Notes: generated by a model from the letters alone, not told the origin. Counted from the first letter of the stretch, positions 35,762 through 46,803 are shown. The stretch: DNA of 64,000 bases from an uncultured Candidatus Saccharibacteria bacterium (GCA_964633425.1 CAZWFX010000001.1:74687-138686); one strand, 5' to 3'. Program-made: numbers and translations.

Positions 35762-36328
35762 GTGGAACACAAAAAGAAGCCTGTTGGTGGAGAGCAGCCC
35801 AACAAACTACCTCTTTTCCTAGACAGGAAGAGGAAGGTGTCCTACTCGTTGTATCGGTGGGATAAACCCGAGGAGGTGCTTTATCGGGTCAACAAAGAAT
35901 CAACTCTTCGGCTTTTGGTGGAGGAGGCGATGGCAAAAGGGGTGTCTCTGGATCGGGTAAACCTAACCAATGCGTACCTGTACGGCCTAACCACACCCAA
36001 GACTCATAGGGTTATGCGATCCGCCAAGTTGGACTGGTCCCTACTGGCGTATTCTCAGTGGACCCTGGTGGATTTGTCGTATTCTTCAATACAAAAGGCG
36101 GTTTTAACAGGCAGTCAGTTTAGGATGTGTGTCTTTGAAGAGGTGGATTTTGAAGAATCTGATCTAACCAGATGTCGTTTTGTGGAGTGCAGGTTCGTTC
36201 GCTGTAACTTCAAGAACACCGTTGCTAAAAAGACCAAGTTTTACAAGTGCCTGTTTGACAGGTGCCTTAGTCAGCCAGATCTTGGTTTTAAGTCTCACTT
36301 GATAAAAACCCAAAAAATAGACTTCTAG
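35762..36328 (+). CDS. pentapeptide-repeat protein
   Basis: VSLDR VNLTN AYLYG...CVFEE VDFEE SDLTR CRFVE repeats. Confidence 0.8.
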   Translation: MEHKKKPVGGEQPNKLPLFLDRKRKVSYSLYRWDKPEEVLYRVNKESTLRLLVEEAMAKGVSLDRVNLTNAYLYGLTTPKTHRVMRSAKLDWSLLAYSQWTLVDLSYSSIQKAVLTGSQFRMCVFEEVDFEESDLTRCRFVECRFVRCNFKNTVAKKTKFYKCLFDRCLSQPDLGFKSHLIKTQKIDF

Positions 36329-36780
36329 AAGGCCTGGAGGGTATACCGAAGACAGTCCCAGTCTTTGGGTACTGGATTGGAGACGATCTTATGCCACTGC
36401 TTGGCCACCTTCTCATCGGTAACCCCGTGGACGTTGCGGTTTTTGCTAGGGAGAGTGAAGGTGACCACAACTACTTGGAACCCATGCTCCTTCCCGATCT
36501 GGTAGTAAGGAGACATCTCCTTTACGGTCGTGTTGGTGTTGTCGATGATGATCTTGATTGGTTGAATGAATGGGTCGGTGCTGGAGCCTCTGGCCAACTC
36601 CTTGGCCAGTCTCAGGCATCTACCATGAGCGTCGCCCAGTTTGGCTGGGTCGAACTTGTAGGTGTCGTCCTCTTGGACAAAGTAGTCGTCCGCCGAGCAG
36701 ACATAGCCACCAAGGGTCTTGGCAAAGGTAGACTTCCCAGACCCAGAAACCCCTCTTAGAATAAACATGGTGTTTGGCAT
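36325..36780 (-). CDS. AAA_33 / polynucleotide-kinase-like P-loop protein
   Basis: RGVSGSGKST, SADDYF, IDNTN, RNVHGV; minus-strand promoter TTGACT-18-TCTAAT (36816-36787). Confidence 0.85.
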   Translation of the reverse strand: MPNTMFILRGVSGSGKSTFAKTLGGYVCSADDYFVQEDDTYKFDPAKLGDAHGRCLRLAKELARGSSTDPFIQPIKIIIDNTNTTVKEMSPYYQIGKEHGFQVVVVTFTLPSKNRNVHGVTDEKVAKQWHKIVSNPVPKDWDCLRYTLQAF

Positions 36781-36861
36781 TGGGTGATTAGAGCACAGGA
36801 CCTACGCAGCAGTCAAGCACGAATTGTTTGACGCACCGCGTTATGCATCACGACAGCCAGT

Positions 36862-36868
36862 AATCTTT
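36862..36868 (+). promoter_or_regulatory. AATCTTT late-promoter motif
   Basis: 6 nt before in-frame GTG 36875. Confidence 0.6.
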
Positions 36869-36874
36869 ACACCA

Positions 36875-39800
36875 GTGAGTCAGTTACCTACGCCACAGAC
36901 AAGATCTCAGATACTCGGCTCTATGGTCGAGTATTTTCTTTCAAAGTACGGGCTTAAATCCCTTAAAACTGGAAGTCCTGTGCTTTCTCTGTTTGAGGCT
37001 ATCGCCCAGTCTCAACTGAGAACCTCCGACGACATCTTTTCAACCCTCCGAGGCATCGCCCTGGAGTTCGCCACCGGCCAGTCCCTGGACCGGCTCGGCC
37101 TGGACGAACTGACACCTCGACTGGTCGCTAAAACCGCCAGCGGTTATACCACATGGGGAGACTCCTCCTTTACCAAGATCTCCACCGTGATCTTCCAAGG
37201 ATCTGGCCCGGTAATCGTAGGCTCTAGTTCCATCGCTGTCTCCGACGCTACCGACTTCCCCACAGTCGGGACCCAATACGTCTACCTCGGAAGAGGAACC
37301 TCTAATTACGAAGGTCCATTGGAGATTTCTTCCATCGACAATCCAGGCGTAACTGGTGGAAATTATTGGAGAATTAATCTAGTAGGGTCGACCACAAGGT
37401 ATCATGCACCTGGCGAGTCCGTTATTTTGGCACAGGGAGGCAACCGGACCATTGCTTCGGGCCAGCTCGTTCAAACGGCCCAAGGGGCGCTTTCAGCGCC
37501 TTTGCGGTTCAGGGTGGTATACACTGCCACCATCCCTGACGGTGAAGACACTTTAGAAAACGTTCTTGTCACGGCAGTCCAGACAGGCCTTTCTGGAAAT
37601 GTTATCAAAGAGGGTATCAACACCGTTGTCTCTCCTCCATATGCGGGAGCCACGGTCTTCAACCCTTCTCCATTTACGAATGGTAGAAACCTTGAGCGGG
37701 ACGAAGACTACAAGGAAAGGATCAAGCTCCGGAGGCGATCTCGGACGCTTGGTACGGCCACCGCTCTAAAGACCTACGCTCTTGGAGTTGAGGCTCCAGA
37801 CGAGAATGCCACGGTCACGTCGACCTCCCTGGTCACCAAGGAGGGAGAGCCGGCCGTTCTTTATATCGATGACGGTACCGGATACGAGGAAAGACACTCC
37901 GGAGTCGCGGAAGAGGTCTTGATCGATCTGGCATCTGGCGGGGAACAGTATTTTAGGGTTTCTCAGGTGCCGATCTCCAAGGCCGTGTCGCTGACCAGCC
38001 TTTCAGCTCCTTACGTACTACGAGCAGGGAAACTCGCGTTTAGCGTGGGCGGCGTGGTTACGGAACACACCTTTGACGCCAGTTCATTTTCTTCAATTTC
38101 TTCAGCTTCGGCCAACGAAGTATGTTCCTCCATTAACTCAAATGCTGGCCTGAACTGGTCCGCCAGAACTTACGACGGCGGGTCCAAGATCGCCGTTTAC
38201 GCTAAATCAGATACCAACGATGACGTCCAGTTGTCGACCGCCTCCTCAGATGACGTAAATGATGTCCTTGGATTTGGTTCTGAGAGGGTCCTTACTACCA
38301 GCCTATACAAGAACGATCTGTTGCTTAGCAAGGACGGGTTGGCGGCGACTGTTTATTCCAGACCCTTCAGCGAGTGGCAGTCTCTGGCCAGCCCCCAGGG
38401 CCTTTCCCTGAGCGTTGATGGAGTCCAGATGGACTACACGTATGTCTCCGGAACCCCTACGGTTGGACAGCATACAGCATTTACAGACCAGGACTTTATT
38501 GACGCGGAAACGGGATATAGCACCCTGGGCAAGAATAGCTTGGCCGCATGGGCGAAGGTGCTAAATTACCGTATACCTGGAATTACAGCCACTGTCGTAG
38601 GTAATCGACTGGCCATCACCTCCAACAGAGGAAAGTCTGACAGCGCGTCAGTACAGACACTGTCCGGGACACTCGTTACTAATTCTGTGTTTTACGAGCA
38701 GGCCAGTTCACTGTCGTCGTCTATCGGGAAAAATTCAGACTACACGATCAATCGTAACACAGGGGAGATTCGTCTCCAGACACCACTGATCGCAGGAGAC
38801 AAGCTGTCTCTTGGTACTTCGTACACCAGGGCCTTTTTGCAGACCCCCGACGTTCTTTCTACCGTGCTGTCTGCCGATGCCAATATGTGGTTCGTTGTGG
38901 ATGGCCAGGCGGAGGTGGTTGCCATCGGGGAGATGCTTGGGCAGGCCTACACGCTAACCAAGACGGCCACGGCGTGGGGAGCCTTACAGGCCCTCACCAA
39001 CTCTCGACTGGCTGCAAATGCGGAGGTCGGAGACTGGCTGATTGTCTGGGATTCATCCCCCAACGCCCTTGGCGTTTCTGGGGCCTATCGGATCAGCCGC
39101 GTGACTGGAACTGACGTGGAGTTTGAGGTTGACGGAACTACGTCCAATGGCTCCGGCACCTTTGCGGAAGGCGGCATCGCCCTAGTAAGAACCAGTCAGC
39201 AAGTGCAGAAGCTTACCCTGGCGCGACTTACAGGTGGAACCCCAAACACATATACGGCCACCTCTTTGGCTAACCTGATTGATTTGCGAGGTGCCACTGC
39301 GTCCGTCTATCGCACCAACAAAGTGCGAATTGCCACCAATTCATTTGGTGACGTAAGGGACATTGCTCTGGTGGCTCAAGATCAGGCTGCGGAAGACTTT
39401 GGTCTTAGCTCGTCCAGCTACACAGACAACCTTCAGGGACATCTGGGATCGATTGAGACTTCCAATGGGCAGGTCGGTACTCCCGTCTTTCAGTCCCTTA
39501 ACGTATCTACGGCAGGTGCCACTACGATAGACGTGGATAACTGGTCGTCGTCGGGGATCTTCACAGATCCGCCCAGCCATTATTCCGCCATGGGCCTTTT
39601 TAGCCCATCCTATTCTTTGGCCCGTCCCCGGTTCGGATCGAACAAGGGCTTTGTGTCTTCTCTTTCCGACACCACTCCGGGAGCACCAGACACGCTGGTT
39701 CTAAGGAACACGGCGGCCCAGGACTGGCTTGAGACCACACAGCTAGCCCTTTTAAGTCCGTACTGCCTATCCTGGAACGATCAACTCAACCTGATTGTTG

Positions 39801-42562
39801 ATCAGGATACCACCTACGGCAGATTCGCGATTCCGTTTGCCAGAAAGGTGACGCCTACGACGTCAACCTATGGGGCCACCAACGCCTTTACAGACGCCGA
39901 CAACGGTGGCGTTTCTCTGGCAAGGGCCTTTGGGTATGGTTCTAACGTTTTTGACTGGGGAGACTTTGCAGTCTGGATGTCTCCTAGAGTCTTAATTACG
40001 CAAGACGCCAACATCCTATGGAGGTATTACCGTCCAGGCCCAGACGGCAACAACATGACCTTGCGGTATGCACTGCCGGCCAACCCAGATCTGACTCCGG
40101 CCCTGGAGTCAGATCCAACGGCTGGGGCTGACACCGAGCTGAGGGTCGTGCTGGGTTCTGGCAACCTCCGCTCTGGATACACCCTACCAGCCAATTACCC
40201 GATGGGGGTTGTAGCCCCCAGTACAGACGCCGGAAGCATGACCTCGGTCTATTACATGACCGGCCTCAAGGTCATTTCCTATCAGAGAACAACAAACGTT
40301 GCTACGGTTAGGTTTGAATTCCCCAGCGCAGACGTTACCGAGTCTGGGTTGGATAACAACCCAGTTAAGCTGTATGCCTTCTCTACGCTGTCAGCCGCTC
40401 CTTCTGGGACATGGGACTTCAGCGCCGTGACTCTTTCTGAGTGGGTCCCCGCTTCTGGAGTCTACGACAAAGCCGTCTTTGCTGACGTCGGGGTCGACGT
40501 ACCACTAACTGCCGGAAATGTTGGTGTAATGTACTTTAGCCCAACAGCGACAGCTTCCTTCCTTGGAGGATCTCCGGCGGTGGCCCAGGGAGACTACCTT
40601 AGGGCAGAAGCCGCGAGTGGCCTGCCAGCAGACTTCACTGGGTTTACGGCCAGCATCCAAAACGTCCCAGGAACAGATCTTTACCACCTAAAGGTCCTGG
40701 TCCCAAGCCTGGCAGTAAACACCGTAATCCAGTACGCCAATGTGGTGGATACCTCTCAGTTTAAGATCTTCGCCAATGCTGGGTCTACCGCTAATTCCAT
40801 CGTTTCTTCCATCAATGCCCTGGGAGGATTTGTATCAGGGACGGTGATTTCCGGTGGCACCAATGTCATTACGGAATCAACAGAAGAAGCTCAAGACAAC
40901 ATTTCTCCAATTCCAACCCTAAAAGACGGAATCAACTACGTCCAGTCAACGACATCCCCTGTCCTGATCAGTGACAACTACACCTTTACCTTTAAGGACG
41001 GGATCACGGCCGCCTTGGCCACCGGGACCGACTGGCTTAACGAGGACGTCTACCTCGTTCCTACAACACCGAAGAACGTGGTGGACTGGATGAACATCCT
41101 TGGGGTTACTGGCCTTTCTCAGGTGGCTGAGATTGTGGCCAGCGACGCGGGCAAGCGAGTTCAGATCTCCAGCCTAACCACTGGCAGCGGCGGATCCATC
41201 CAGGCCATTGGAGGTAAGGCCAACTCGGCAACAGCTTCCGTCGTGGGATCTTCCCAAACAGTTGGATCTCAGATTTTGGCCACGGTTCGCTCGTCCGACG
41301 TCACCGGCATGTTTGCTGGTTGCTGGGTTTCAGTGGATAACGCACTGGGCCTGGACAAGACAGGGTCTATCTTTAACGGATCTTCCAAGATCGAAACCCT
41401 GTCTTCGACCGGAACCATCACCTTTGGCGCAGCCACGTCCCTATACACAGAAATCGTGGCCTCGTCGAAAACAAACCTGGCAGTTTCAATCCAGAAGGTC
41501 GACGACTTTGTCCTGATCTCGGATTCCGGACTTGGAGCAAATACCATAGTCGGCGCCCTGGGCGGAGTGTCTGAGAATGACTACGTCCAAATCAAAACCG
41601 TTACCGCCAGCCAGTCAGGTACGGACGTAAACGAGCTTAATATGGGCCTGTTTAAGGTTGTCCGAGTCGATAGCACCAACGGTCTGGTTTGGATTGAAAA
41701 CTCCACCGCAGTTGACCAAAACCTCTGTGACGTGGACCTGAGATTCTTCGACGAAAGCTCCATTATGCCAGGAGATACGTTCCGTATCGACACTCCATTC
41801 TACGGGGTGTCCAATATCGGATCGTGGCTGATTACCGAAGTCGGAAATGACTTCACAGACGACTCGGTGATGACCGTGAGTATCTCGGACAAGTCCATTA
41901 CCGACACGACCAGCGGAGTGGCCCTTGGATCCGACTACGTATATCTTAGGTTCACCGGCGCCCCGTATCGCGGCATCAAGCAAATTTACTCGATTTCTCC
42001 ATACGACTCCGATGCCTCACTTTCGTACATCAAGCTATCCGGAACCGCAGGTCAGTCGTCCATCGGAGCCGCTGGAGAAACAGTCCTTACGGTCTTGGAC
42101 AAGCTATCCTTCCCGCTCACCCTTAACGCAGGCCTGGACGGGTATTCTTACTCAACCGGACTGATCAGGGAAGTCAATAAGGTTATCTATGGGGATTTGT
42201 CCAGCCCGTCTGTCTACCCAGGAGTAGCAGCGGCTAATTCCAAGATCAACATCGAAGGCCCCTTGGTCAAGAAGATCAAAATGGGATTCCAAGCCAGAAT
42301 CTTTAAGGGATTTTCCAAGTCCGTTGTGGCCGAAAAGATCAAAAACGCTGCGGCCGGTGCGATCAACTCTTACGGGGTCGGTCAGTCCATTAGCGTCTCT
42401 GACGTTATTAAAAAAGTACAGCAAATTGGCGGCCTTAGGTCCGTCGTTGTGTTGTCCCCTGTATACAACTCGGCCAATGACCTTATTTCAGTCCAGCCGT
42501 TTGAACGGGCCATGGTTTTGAATCCTTCGTTGGACATTTCGGTAGTCTTTGTTGGTGAGTAG
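36875..42562 (+). CDS. Baseplate J/gp6-like wedge protein (about 1900 aa)
   Basis: ATGQSLDRLG, G.SGNV, NP.PFTNG...E.DEDYKERI, C-terminal INSYGVGQSI...I..V pattern; start reassigned to GTG 36875. Confidence 0.8.
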   Translation: MSQLPTPQTRSQILGSMVEYFLSKYGLKSLKTGSPVLSLFEAIAQSQLRTSDDIFSTLRGIALEFATGQSLDRLGLDELTPRLVAKTASGYTTWGDSSFTKISTVIFQGSGPVIVGSSSIAVSDATDFPTVGTQYVYLGRGTSNYEGPLEISSIDNPGVTGGNYWRINLVGSTTRYHAPGESVILAQGGNRTIASGQLVQTAQGALSAPLRFRVVYTATIPDGEDTLENVLVTAVQTGLSGNVIKEGINTVVSPPYAGATVFNPSPFTNGRNLERDEDYKERIKLRRRSRTLGTATALKTYALGVEAPDENATVTSTSLVTKEGEPAVLYIDDGTGYEERHSGVAEEVLIDLASGGEQYFRVSQVPISKAVSLTSLSAPYVLRAGKLAFSVGGVVTEHTFDASSFSSISSASANEVCSSINSNAGLNWSARTYDGGSKIAVYAKSDTNDDVQLSTASSDDVNDVLGFGSERVLTTSLYKNDLLLSKDGLAATVYSRPFSEWQSLASPQGLSLSVDGVQMDYTYVSGTPTVGQHTAFTDQDFIDAETGYSTLGKNSLAAWAKVLNYRIPGITATVVGNRLAITSNRGKSDSASVQTLSGTLVTNSVFYEQASSLSSSIGKNSDYTINRNTGEIRLQTPLIAGDKLSLGTSYTRAFLQTPDVLSTVLSADANMWFVVDGQAEVVAIGEMLGQAYTLTKTATAWGALQALTNSRLAANAEVGDWLIVWDSSPNALGVSGAYRISRVTGTDVEFEVDGTTSNGSGTFAEGGIALVRTSQQVQKLTLARLTGGTPNTYTATSLANLIDLRGATASVYRTNKVRIATNSFGDVRDIALVAQDQAAEDFGLSSSSYTDNLQGHLGSIETSNGQVGTPVFQSLNVSTAGATTIDVDNWSSSGIFTDPPSHYSAMGLFSPSYSLARPRFGSNKGFVSSLSDTTPGAPDTLVLRNTAAQDWLETTQLALLSPYCLSWNDQLNLIVDQDTTYGRFAIPFARKVTPTTSTYGATNAFTDADNGGVSLARAFGYGSNVFDWGDFAVWMSPRVLITQDANILWRYYRPGPDGNNMTLRYALPANPDLTPALESDPTAGADTELRVVLGSGNLRSGYTLPANYPMGVVAPSTDAGSMTSVYYMTGLKVISYQRTTNVATVRFEFPSADVTESGLDNNPVKLYAFSTLSAAPSGTWDFSAVTLSEWVPASGVYDKAVFADVGVDVPLTAGNVGVMYFSPTATASFLGGSPAVAQGDYLRAEAASGLPADFTGFTASIQNVPGTDLYHLKVLVPSLAVNTVIQYANVVDTSQFKIFANAGSTANSIVSSINALGGFVSGTVISGGTNVITESTEEAQDNISPIPTLKDGINYVQSTTSPVLISDNYTFTFKDGITAALATGTDWLNEDVYLVPTTPKNVVDWMNILGVTGLSQVAEIVASDAGKRVQISSLTTGSGGSIQAIGGKANSATASVVGSSQTVGSQILATVRSSDVTGMFAGCWVSVDNALGLDKTGSIFNGSSKIETLSSTGTITFGAATSLYTEIVASSKTNLAVSIQKVDDFVLISDSGLGANTIVGALGGVSENDYVQIKTVTASQSGTDVNELNMGLFKVVRVDSTNGLVWIENSTAVDQNLCDVDLRFFDESSIMPGDTFRIDTPFYGVSNIGSWLITEVGNDFTDDSVMTVSISDKSITDTTSGVALGSDYVYLRFTGAPYRGIKQIYSISPYDSDASLSYIKLSGTAGQSSIGAAGETVLTVLDKLSFPLTLNAGLDGYSYSTGLIREVNKVIYGDLSSPSVYPGVAAANSKINIEGPLVKKIKMGFQARIFKGFSKSVVAEKIKNAAAGAINSYGVGQSISVSDVIKKVQQIGGLRSVVVLSPVYNSANDLISVQPFERAMVLNPSLDISVVFVGE

Positions 42563-42575
42563 CTACAAAAACGGC

Positions 42576-42582
42576 AATCTTT
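42576..42582 (+). promoter_or_regulatory. AATCTTT late-promoter motif
   Basis: 11 nt before ATG 42594. Confidence 0.6.
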
Positions 42583-42593
42583 TAAGGTAGAAT

Positions 42594-44696
42594 ATGGCCT
42601 ATATTTACGGTTCTGACACATTTTGGGATGCAAAGGTCGATCTAAGCGACCCTGGTGGGGCAGCCATCAACAAGTGGATGGCGGCTGACGCCAACGCTAT
42701 TAGGACCTATCTATCTGAGACCAGGTCGGCCATCTTGGCTGGTCAGGGGCATGGATTTACTGGGCAGGCGTCCGCGCCGGTGATCACTGGGATGGATTCA
42801 TTCCTTTGGATGTCGTCCACCAACAACATCCTGAAGTACCATTTTGGCGGATCGGACAAAACTGTACCATTTGGTACAGTCACCACAAAGGGAGACATCC
42901 TGGTCTGGACAGGATCTACCTGGCAGGTAGTCCCAGCTGGCACCAACAATTACGTCCTAACCGCAGATTCAGCCCAGACCGCTGGAGTCAAGTGGGCCGC
43001 CGTCGCAGCCCCCACCACGTATTACCAAACCGTTCAAGCCAACGCCGTAGATCAGACCCAAAGAGACAAGCTGAACTTTAGCTCGCTCTTTACACTGTCC
43101 GACTCAGCATCTCCCTCCAGGACCACGGTTACAATAGCCAATACCGCAGTTACTCCAGGAAGCTACACAAACACCAACCTTACCGTCGACGCTCAGGGCA
43201 GGATCACAGCAGCGGCCAATGGTTCTGCTGGTTCGGCAACCCTTACGGCCGCATACGCGGCTGGTTCAAGTCAGGCATCCAGTACATTTAACCTAGATTC
43301 TACCAGACTGGGGTTGCTAATCAAGGACAACGCGACGCCAATCACTGGGTCTTTGTTTGCTGTCCAAAACGTCGGTGGCCCTACCGTAACGTTCTTGGAT
43401 ATCGGAGCCACCCAGACCCAGGTGCTGAAGTCTGGTATGGCTGACGGGGCTTCGGCTGTCGCTGTCCAAACAGACACCCAGACCACTTGGTCTAACGCGA
43501 CAGCAAAGCTTCTTCGGGTTGCAAATGCTAACGCCGAGAAGTTTGCGGTATACGCTTCTGGCAACTATAACTCGTCAACGGACGATTTCTACTGGGATTC
43601 TGCCAACAAGAGATTGATGATTGGGCAGCCTGCGACAGGAACGGGCAGGATGACCCTTTCTGGCACGAATGGCTCTACCTCCCAAATGAGGATTTCTAAC
43701 TCGGCTGGAGGCCCATCAGATCTTTTGATGGGAGCGGCCGATACTCCCGCAGGAGCCTTTATTGGGTCTCTGTCGAATCATCCTCTCTATCTTAGACAGC
43801 AAAACAACAACATCGTTACGGTAAATGCCGCCAGCGTAACTCCCTACACTCACCTACTGGCCGACCTGGGGACCACCTCAGTTCGCTGGGCGGCTACCTA
43901 TCTAGGTAACGATACCGTAGGAACGACCGTTGGGTCGGCTGGATTATCCCTTAAGAACGCCACGCTAGCTACCGTTGGCGCCCAAAAGTATTCCCCAGCC
44001 ATTACCCTAGAAGGACAGGGATGGAAGACCAACGCGACGGCTGACAGTCAGTCCGTGGTATTTGCACTTCAGAATATCCCGGTTCAGGGAGCAGCCTCAC
44101 CAACCGGCGGCCTTTCCATTCAGCGTAACGTCAACGGAGGTGGCTACTCTGAACTGATGAATATTGGCGGTTCTGACCTTATCGTCATGAACCAGTCCCT
44201 GAACATGGGGGTTAATACCAATATCGTTGGCGGCGGAGGAACCTCTGCGGCTGACTTCTCTGGCGGATCGGGTGTTTTCAAAACCACCACCGGCGCAGCC
44301 ACGTTCGGCGGTAGCTCAAACACCTTCACAAATGCCATTACCGTTACCGGAAGCTCGGTTGCTCTGGTAAGGGCCAATGCCAGCGAGACACAGCTTACCA
44401 CCACTGGAGCCACGGACATTGTTGACTACACAACTGCGGCAGCCGGGAATTTCTTGGTTGGTGTCTATTATCGTGTAGTCACGGGTACGACCAACGTTGG
44501 GATTGACTTGACGTTTACTGACCAGACTGGGGCTCAGACTCAGGTACTCGTCCCGGCTGCTACATCTACGGCCGTCGGATCGTATTCTGTTACTCCAGTC
44601 TACATCAATGCAGCCAACGCCACACACATAAAGGTCACAGCCACAGCCGGAACAGCCAACCGCGTCTACGTTTCCGCTACCGTAACGGGATTCTAA
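42594..44696 (+). CDS. Tail fibre protein
   Basis: TKGDIL..., VTPGSYTNTNLTVDAQGRITAA fibre repeats, T/G/A-rich. Confidence 0.75.
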   Translation: MAYIYGSDTFWDAKVDLSDPGGAAINKWMAADANAIRTYLSETRSAILAGQGHGFTGQASAPVITGMDSFLWMSSTNNILKYHFGGSDKTVPFGTVTTKGDILVWTGSTWQVVPAGTNNYVLTADSAQTAGVKWAAVAAPTTYYQTVQANAVDQTQRDKLNFSSLFTLSDSASPSRTTVTIANTAVTPGSYTNTNLTVDAQGRITAAANGSAGSATLTAAYAAGSSQASSTFNLDSTRLGLLIKDNATPITGSLFAVQNVGGPTVTFLDIGATQTQVLKSGMADGASAVAVQTDTQTTWSNATAKLLRVANANAEKFAVYASGNYNSSTDDFYWDSANKRLMIGQPATGTGRMTLSGTNGSTSQMRISNSAGGPSDLLMGAADTPAGAFIGSLSNHPLYLRQQNNNIVTVNAASVTPYTHLLADLGTTSVRWAATYLGNDTVGTTVGSAGLSLKNATLATVGAQKYSPAITLEGQGWKTNATADSQSVVFALQNIPVQGAASPTGGLSIQRNVNGGGYSELMNIGGSDLIVMNQSLNMGVNTNIVGGGGTSAADFSGGSGVFKTTTGAATFGGSSNTFTNAITVTGSSVALVRANASETQLTTTGATDIVDYTTAAAGNFLVGVYYRVVTGTTNVGIDLTFTDQTGAQTQVLVPAATSTAVGSYSVTPVYINAANATHIKVTATAGTANRVYVSATVTGF

Positions 44697-44697
44697 T

Positions 44698-45744
44698 ATG
44701 GCTCTAGTAGGCAGATGGACACTAGACGGCCAGGCCTTTGACTCTTCGGGGCAGGGCAACAACGGGACTGTAACAGGAGCCCTCTACACCAACGGCAAGG
44801 GCTCTCCAGGTCTTTGGTTCGACGGTACCGACGACAATGTGGATTGTGGCACGGGCAGCAGCATTGCCTTTACGTTGTCCACCCCATTCACTGCCTGCGC
44901 CTGGATAAACAACTCGCTTGGCTCAGACGACATCATCGTCGGAAACTCCTGGGGCGGGCCGGGCTGGCACCTGCGGGTAACCTCCACCAACAAGATTCGC
45001 TTCATCCTAGTTGGCTCAGGCGGAACGACCCATCGGTACGTTGACTCCACCAGTTCACTGACCACAGGCTGGCATCACGTAGCCGCTACATGGGATGGCA
45101 CCTCGGTCATCAAAGTCTACATTGACGGCACCGACGTTTCCAACACCCAGCAAACAGCTGGGTCGCTAACTTCCATTACCAGCACCAACCCAGTCACCAT
45201 TGGCCTGTCTGAAGCCTCTGCAGCGTATTCTGGCCGCATCGACGATGTTCGTATCTACAACACAGCTCTAGATGCAACTTCTATTGCCGGAATCTACGCC
45301 GAGCCAAAATCTGGTGTTAGGACCGGGTCTTCTCTAGTCACCGGGTCTCTGTCCTTTAATTCTTCAGTTACTGCCAATGTCCCAATGCTCAACACCATCG
45401 GGACGTATCTGATGTCTAACCCGTGGATTTCAGTCAATGGAGGAATCGGATATACCAATAGTTACGTGGACTTCGCCACGGCTGGCTACCAGGACAGCGT
45501 TTATTACAAAGACGCTTTTGGAATTGTCCATGTGATTGTCGGCTGTAAAAACGGCACGGCTAATGCTTCAATGTTCACTTTACCTTCCGGCTATCGCCCA
45601 GGAGCCAGCCTAATAGTCGCCGCTTACGTAAATGGCACACAGGACTGGGTCAAGTTTATGTCTGATGGCACCTGCATAAATCTAGTCGGAGCCGTAACCA
45701 CGGGTGGAATTCTTTGTGTAGCGCATTTTCCAGGAGAACGGTAA
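44698..45744 (+). CDS. LamG/ConA-like domain protein with C-terminal receptor-binding-type module
   Basis: WHHVAATWDG...YIDG...GRIDDVRIYNTAL; C-terminal YYKDAFG...FTLPSGYRP. Confidence 0.8.
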   Translation: MALVGRWTLDGQAFDSSGQGNNGTVTGALYTNGKGSPGLWFDGTDDNVDCGTGSSIAFTLSTPFTACAWINNSLGSDDIIVGNSWGGPGWHLRVTSTNKIRFILVGSGGTTHRYVDSTSSLTTGWHHVAATWDGTSVIKVYIDGTDVSNTQQTAGSLTSITSTNPVTIGLSEASAAYSGRIDDVRIYNTALDATSIAGIYAEPKSGVRTGSSLVTGSLSFNSSVTANVPMLNTIGTYLMSNPWISVNGGIGYTNSYVDFATAGYQDSVYYKDAFGIVHVIVGCKNGTANASMFTLPSGYRPGASLIVAAYVNGTQDWVKFMSDGTCINLVGAVTTGGILCVAHFPGER

Positions 45745-46200
45745 ATGGCAAACAACCTCCTTGTAATTCCTGGTCCATTGGTCCTAGACGCCGCTACCTG
45801 TGCAGGAGGAACCTCTAACGTAGCCATCGAAGGCAACGTAGGATCCTCTACCGTATCAGACCCGTTCACTTACGTCAATGGTGGGGTTGGATATACAAAT
45901 AGTTACGTGGACTTGGCCCTAAATGGATACCAAAACACGTCCTATTATAAGGACGCAGCCGGATTCGTCCATCTCATTCTAGGAGCAAAAAGCGGCACAG
46001 GAGGAGCGTCAATTTTTACGCTGCCTGAAGGATACCGACCATTTCTAGGTCACGTAATTGCACAAATCTACGTGGATGCCGGGGCATTAAACTACATCAA
46101 AGTTGTCGATGACGGTACTGTTTATTGCCTTAATGGCGGGGGTACAACCCAAGTTATTGGGTCAATTACCTTTTTAGCTGCCCAGACACTACCAGGATAA
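45745..46200 (+). CDS. tail-tip module paralog 2
   Basis: NSYVD...YYKDAAG...FTLPEGYRP shared with both neighbours. Confidence 0.7.
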   Translation: MANNLLVIPGPLVLDAATCAGGTSNVAIEGNVGSSTVSDPFTYVNGGVGYTNSYVDLALNGYQNTSYYKDAAGFVHLILGAKSGTGGASIFTLPEGYRPFLGHVIAQIYVDAGALNYIKVVDDGTVYCLNGGGTTQVIGSITFLAAQTLPG

Positions 46201-46203
46201 CCC

Positions 46204-46803
46204 ATGTCCAAGCTATTTCTACCAGATACGTCACTTACCGGGCCTGTTACGATAACGGGGTCATTCTCCACTTCCAAGCCACTCGTTATGAGTGGCTCGA
46301 TGCTTTCTTCGGTCACCAATCCTCCATGGATAGCCGTCACGTATTCCAATAGTTACGTGGATTTGGGGTCTGGATATTCCTCGTCAGCCTATTACAAAGA
46401 CGCAATGGGTATTGTCCGAGTGGTAGTCAATGCCAAGAGCGGGACGGCGGGGGCCACGATCTTTACCTTGCCGGCTGGATATAGGCCCGTAGCGCACAAT
46501 CTTGTAGCTGCGTACGTAGATGGAACAACGGGGGGCAGCTATGTCCAACTGGATGCTGGGAGTGGTTTCTCCAGTAAAAGACGCTACGGTCTGGATTGCC
46601 CTGGGAACCAACGACATCGCGGCGTCGGAAACCTCGACCAATCTAATCCTATATTGCAAGCAGCTATGTCAGTTGGCTCGTGCCGGTGGAGCCAAGAGGC
46701 TTATCGTCTCGACCATCCCGACATTTACCGGGATCACCGGTCCTCAAGATACCAACCGTACCCAATACAACGCCTGGGGCAGATCTCTCCCTGGTATCTT
46801 TGA
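46204..46803 (+). pseudogene. tail-tip module paralog 3, truncated near 46560 with an aberrant C-terminus
   Basis: Same module up to SYVQLD, then reads out of frame through SGNH-coding sequence. Confidence 0.55.

Noticed and set aside
45457-46361. Invertase shufflon or diversity-generating retroelement at the tail tips
   Set aside because: The repeats are direct, not inverted; no recombinase or reverse transcriptase in the window; no adenine-specific template/variable pair seen
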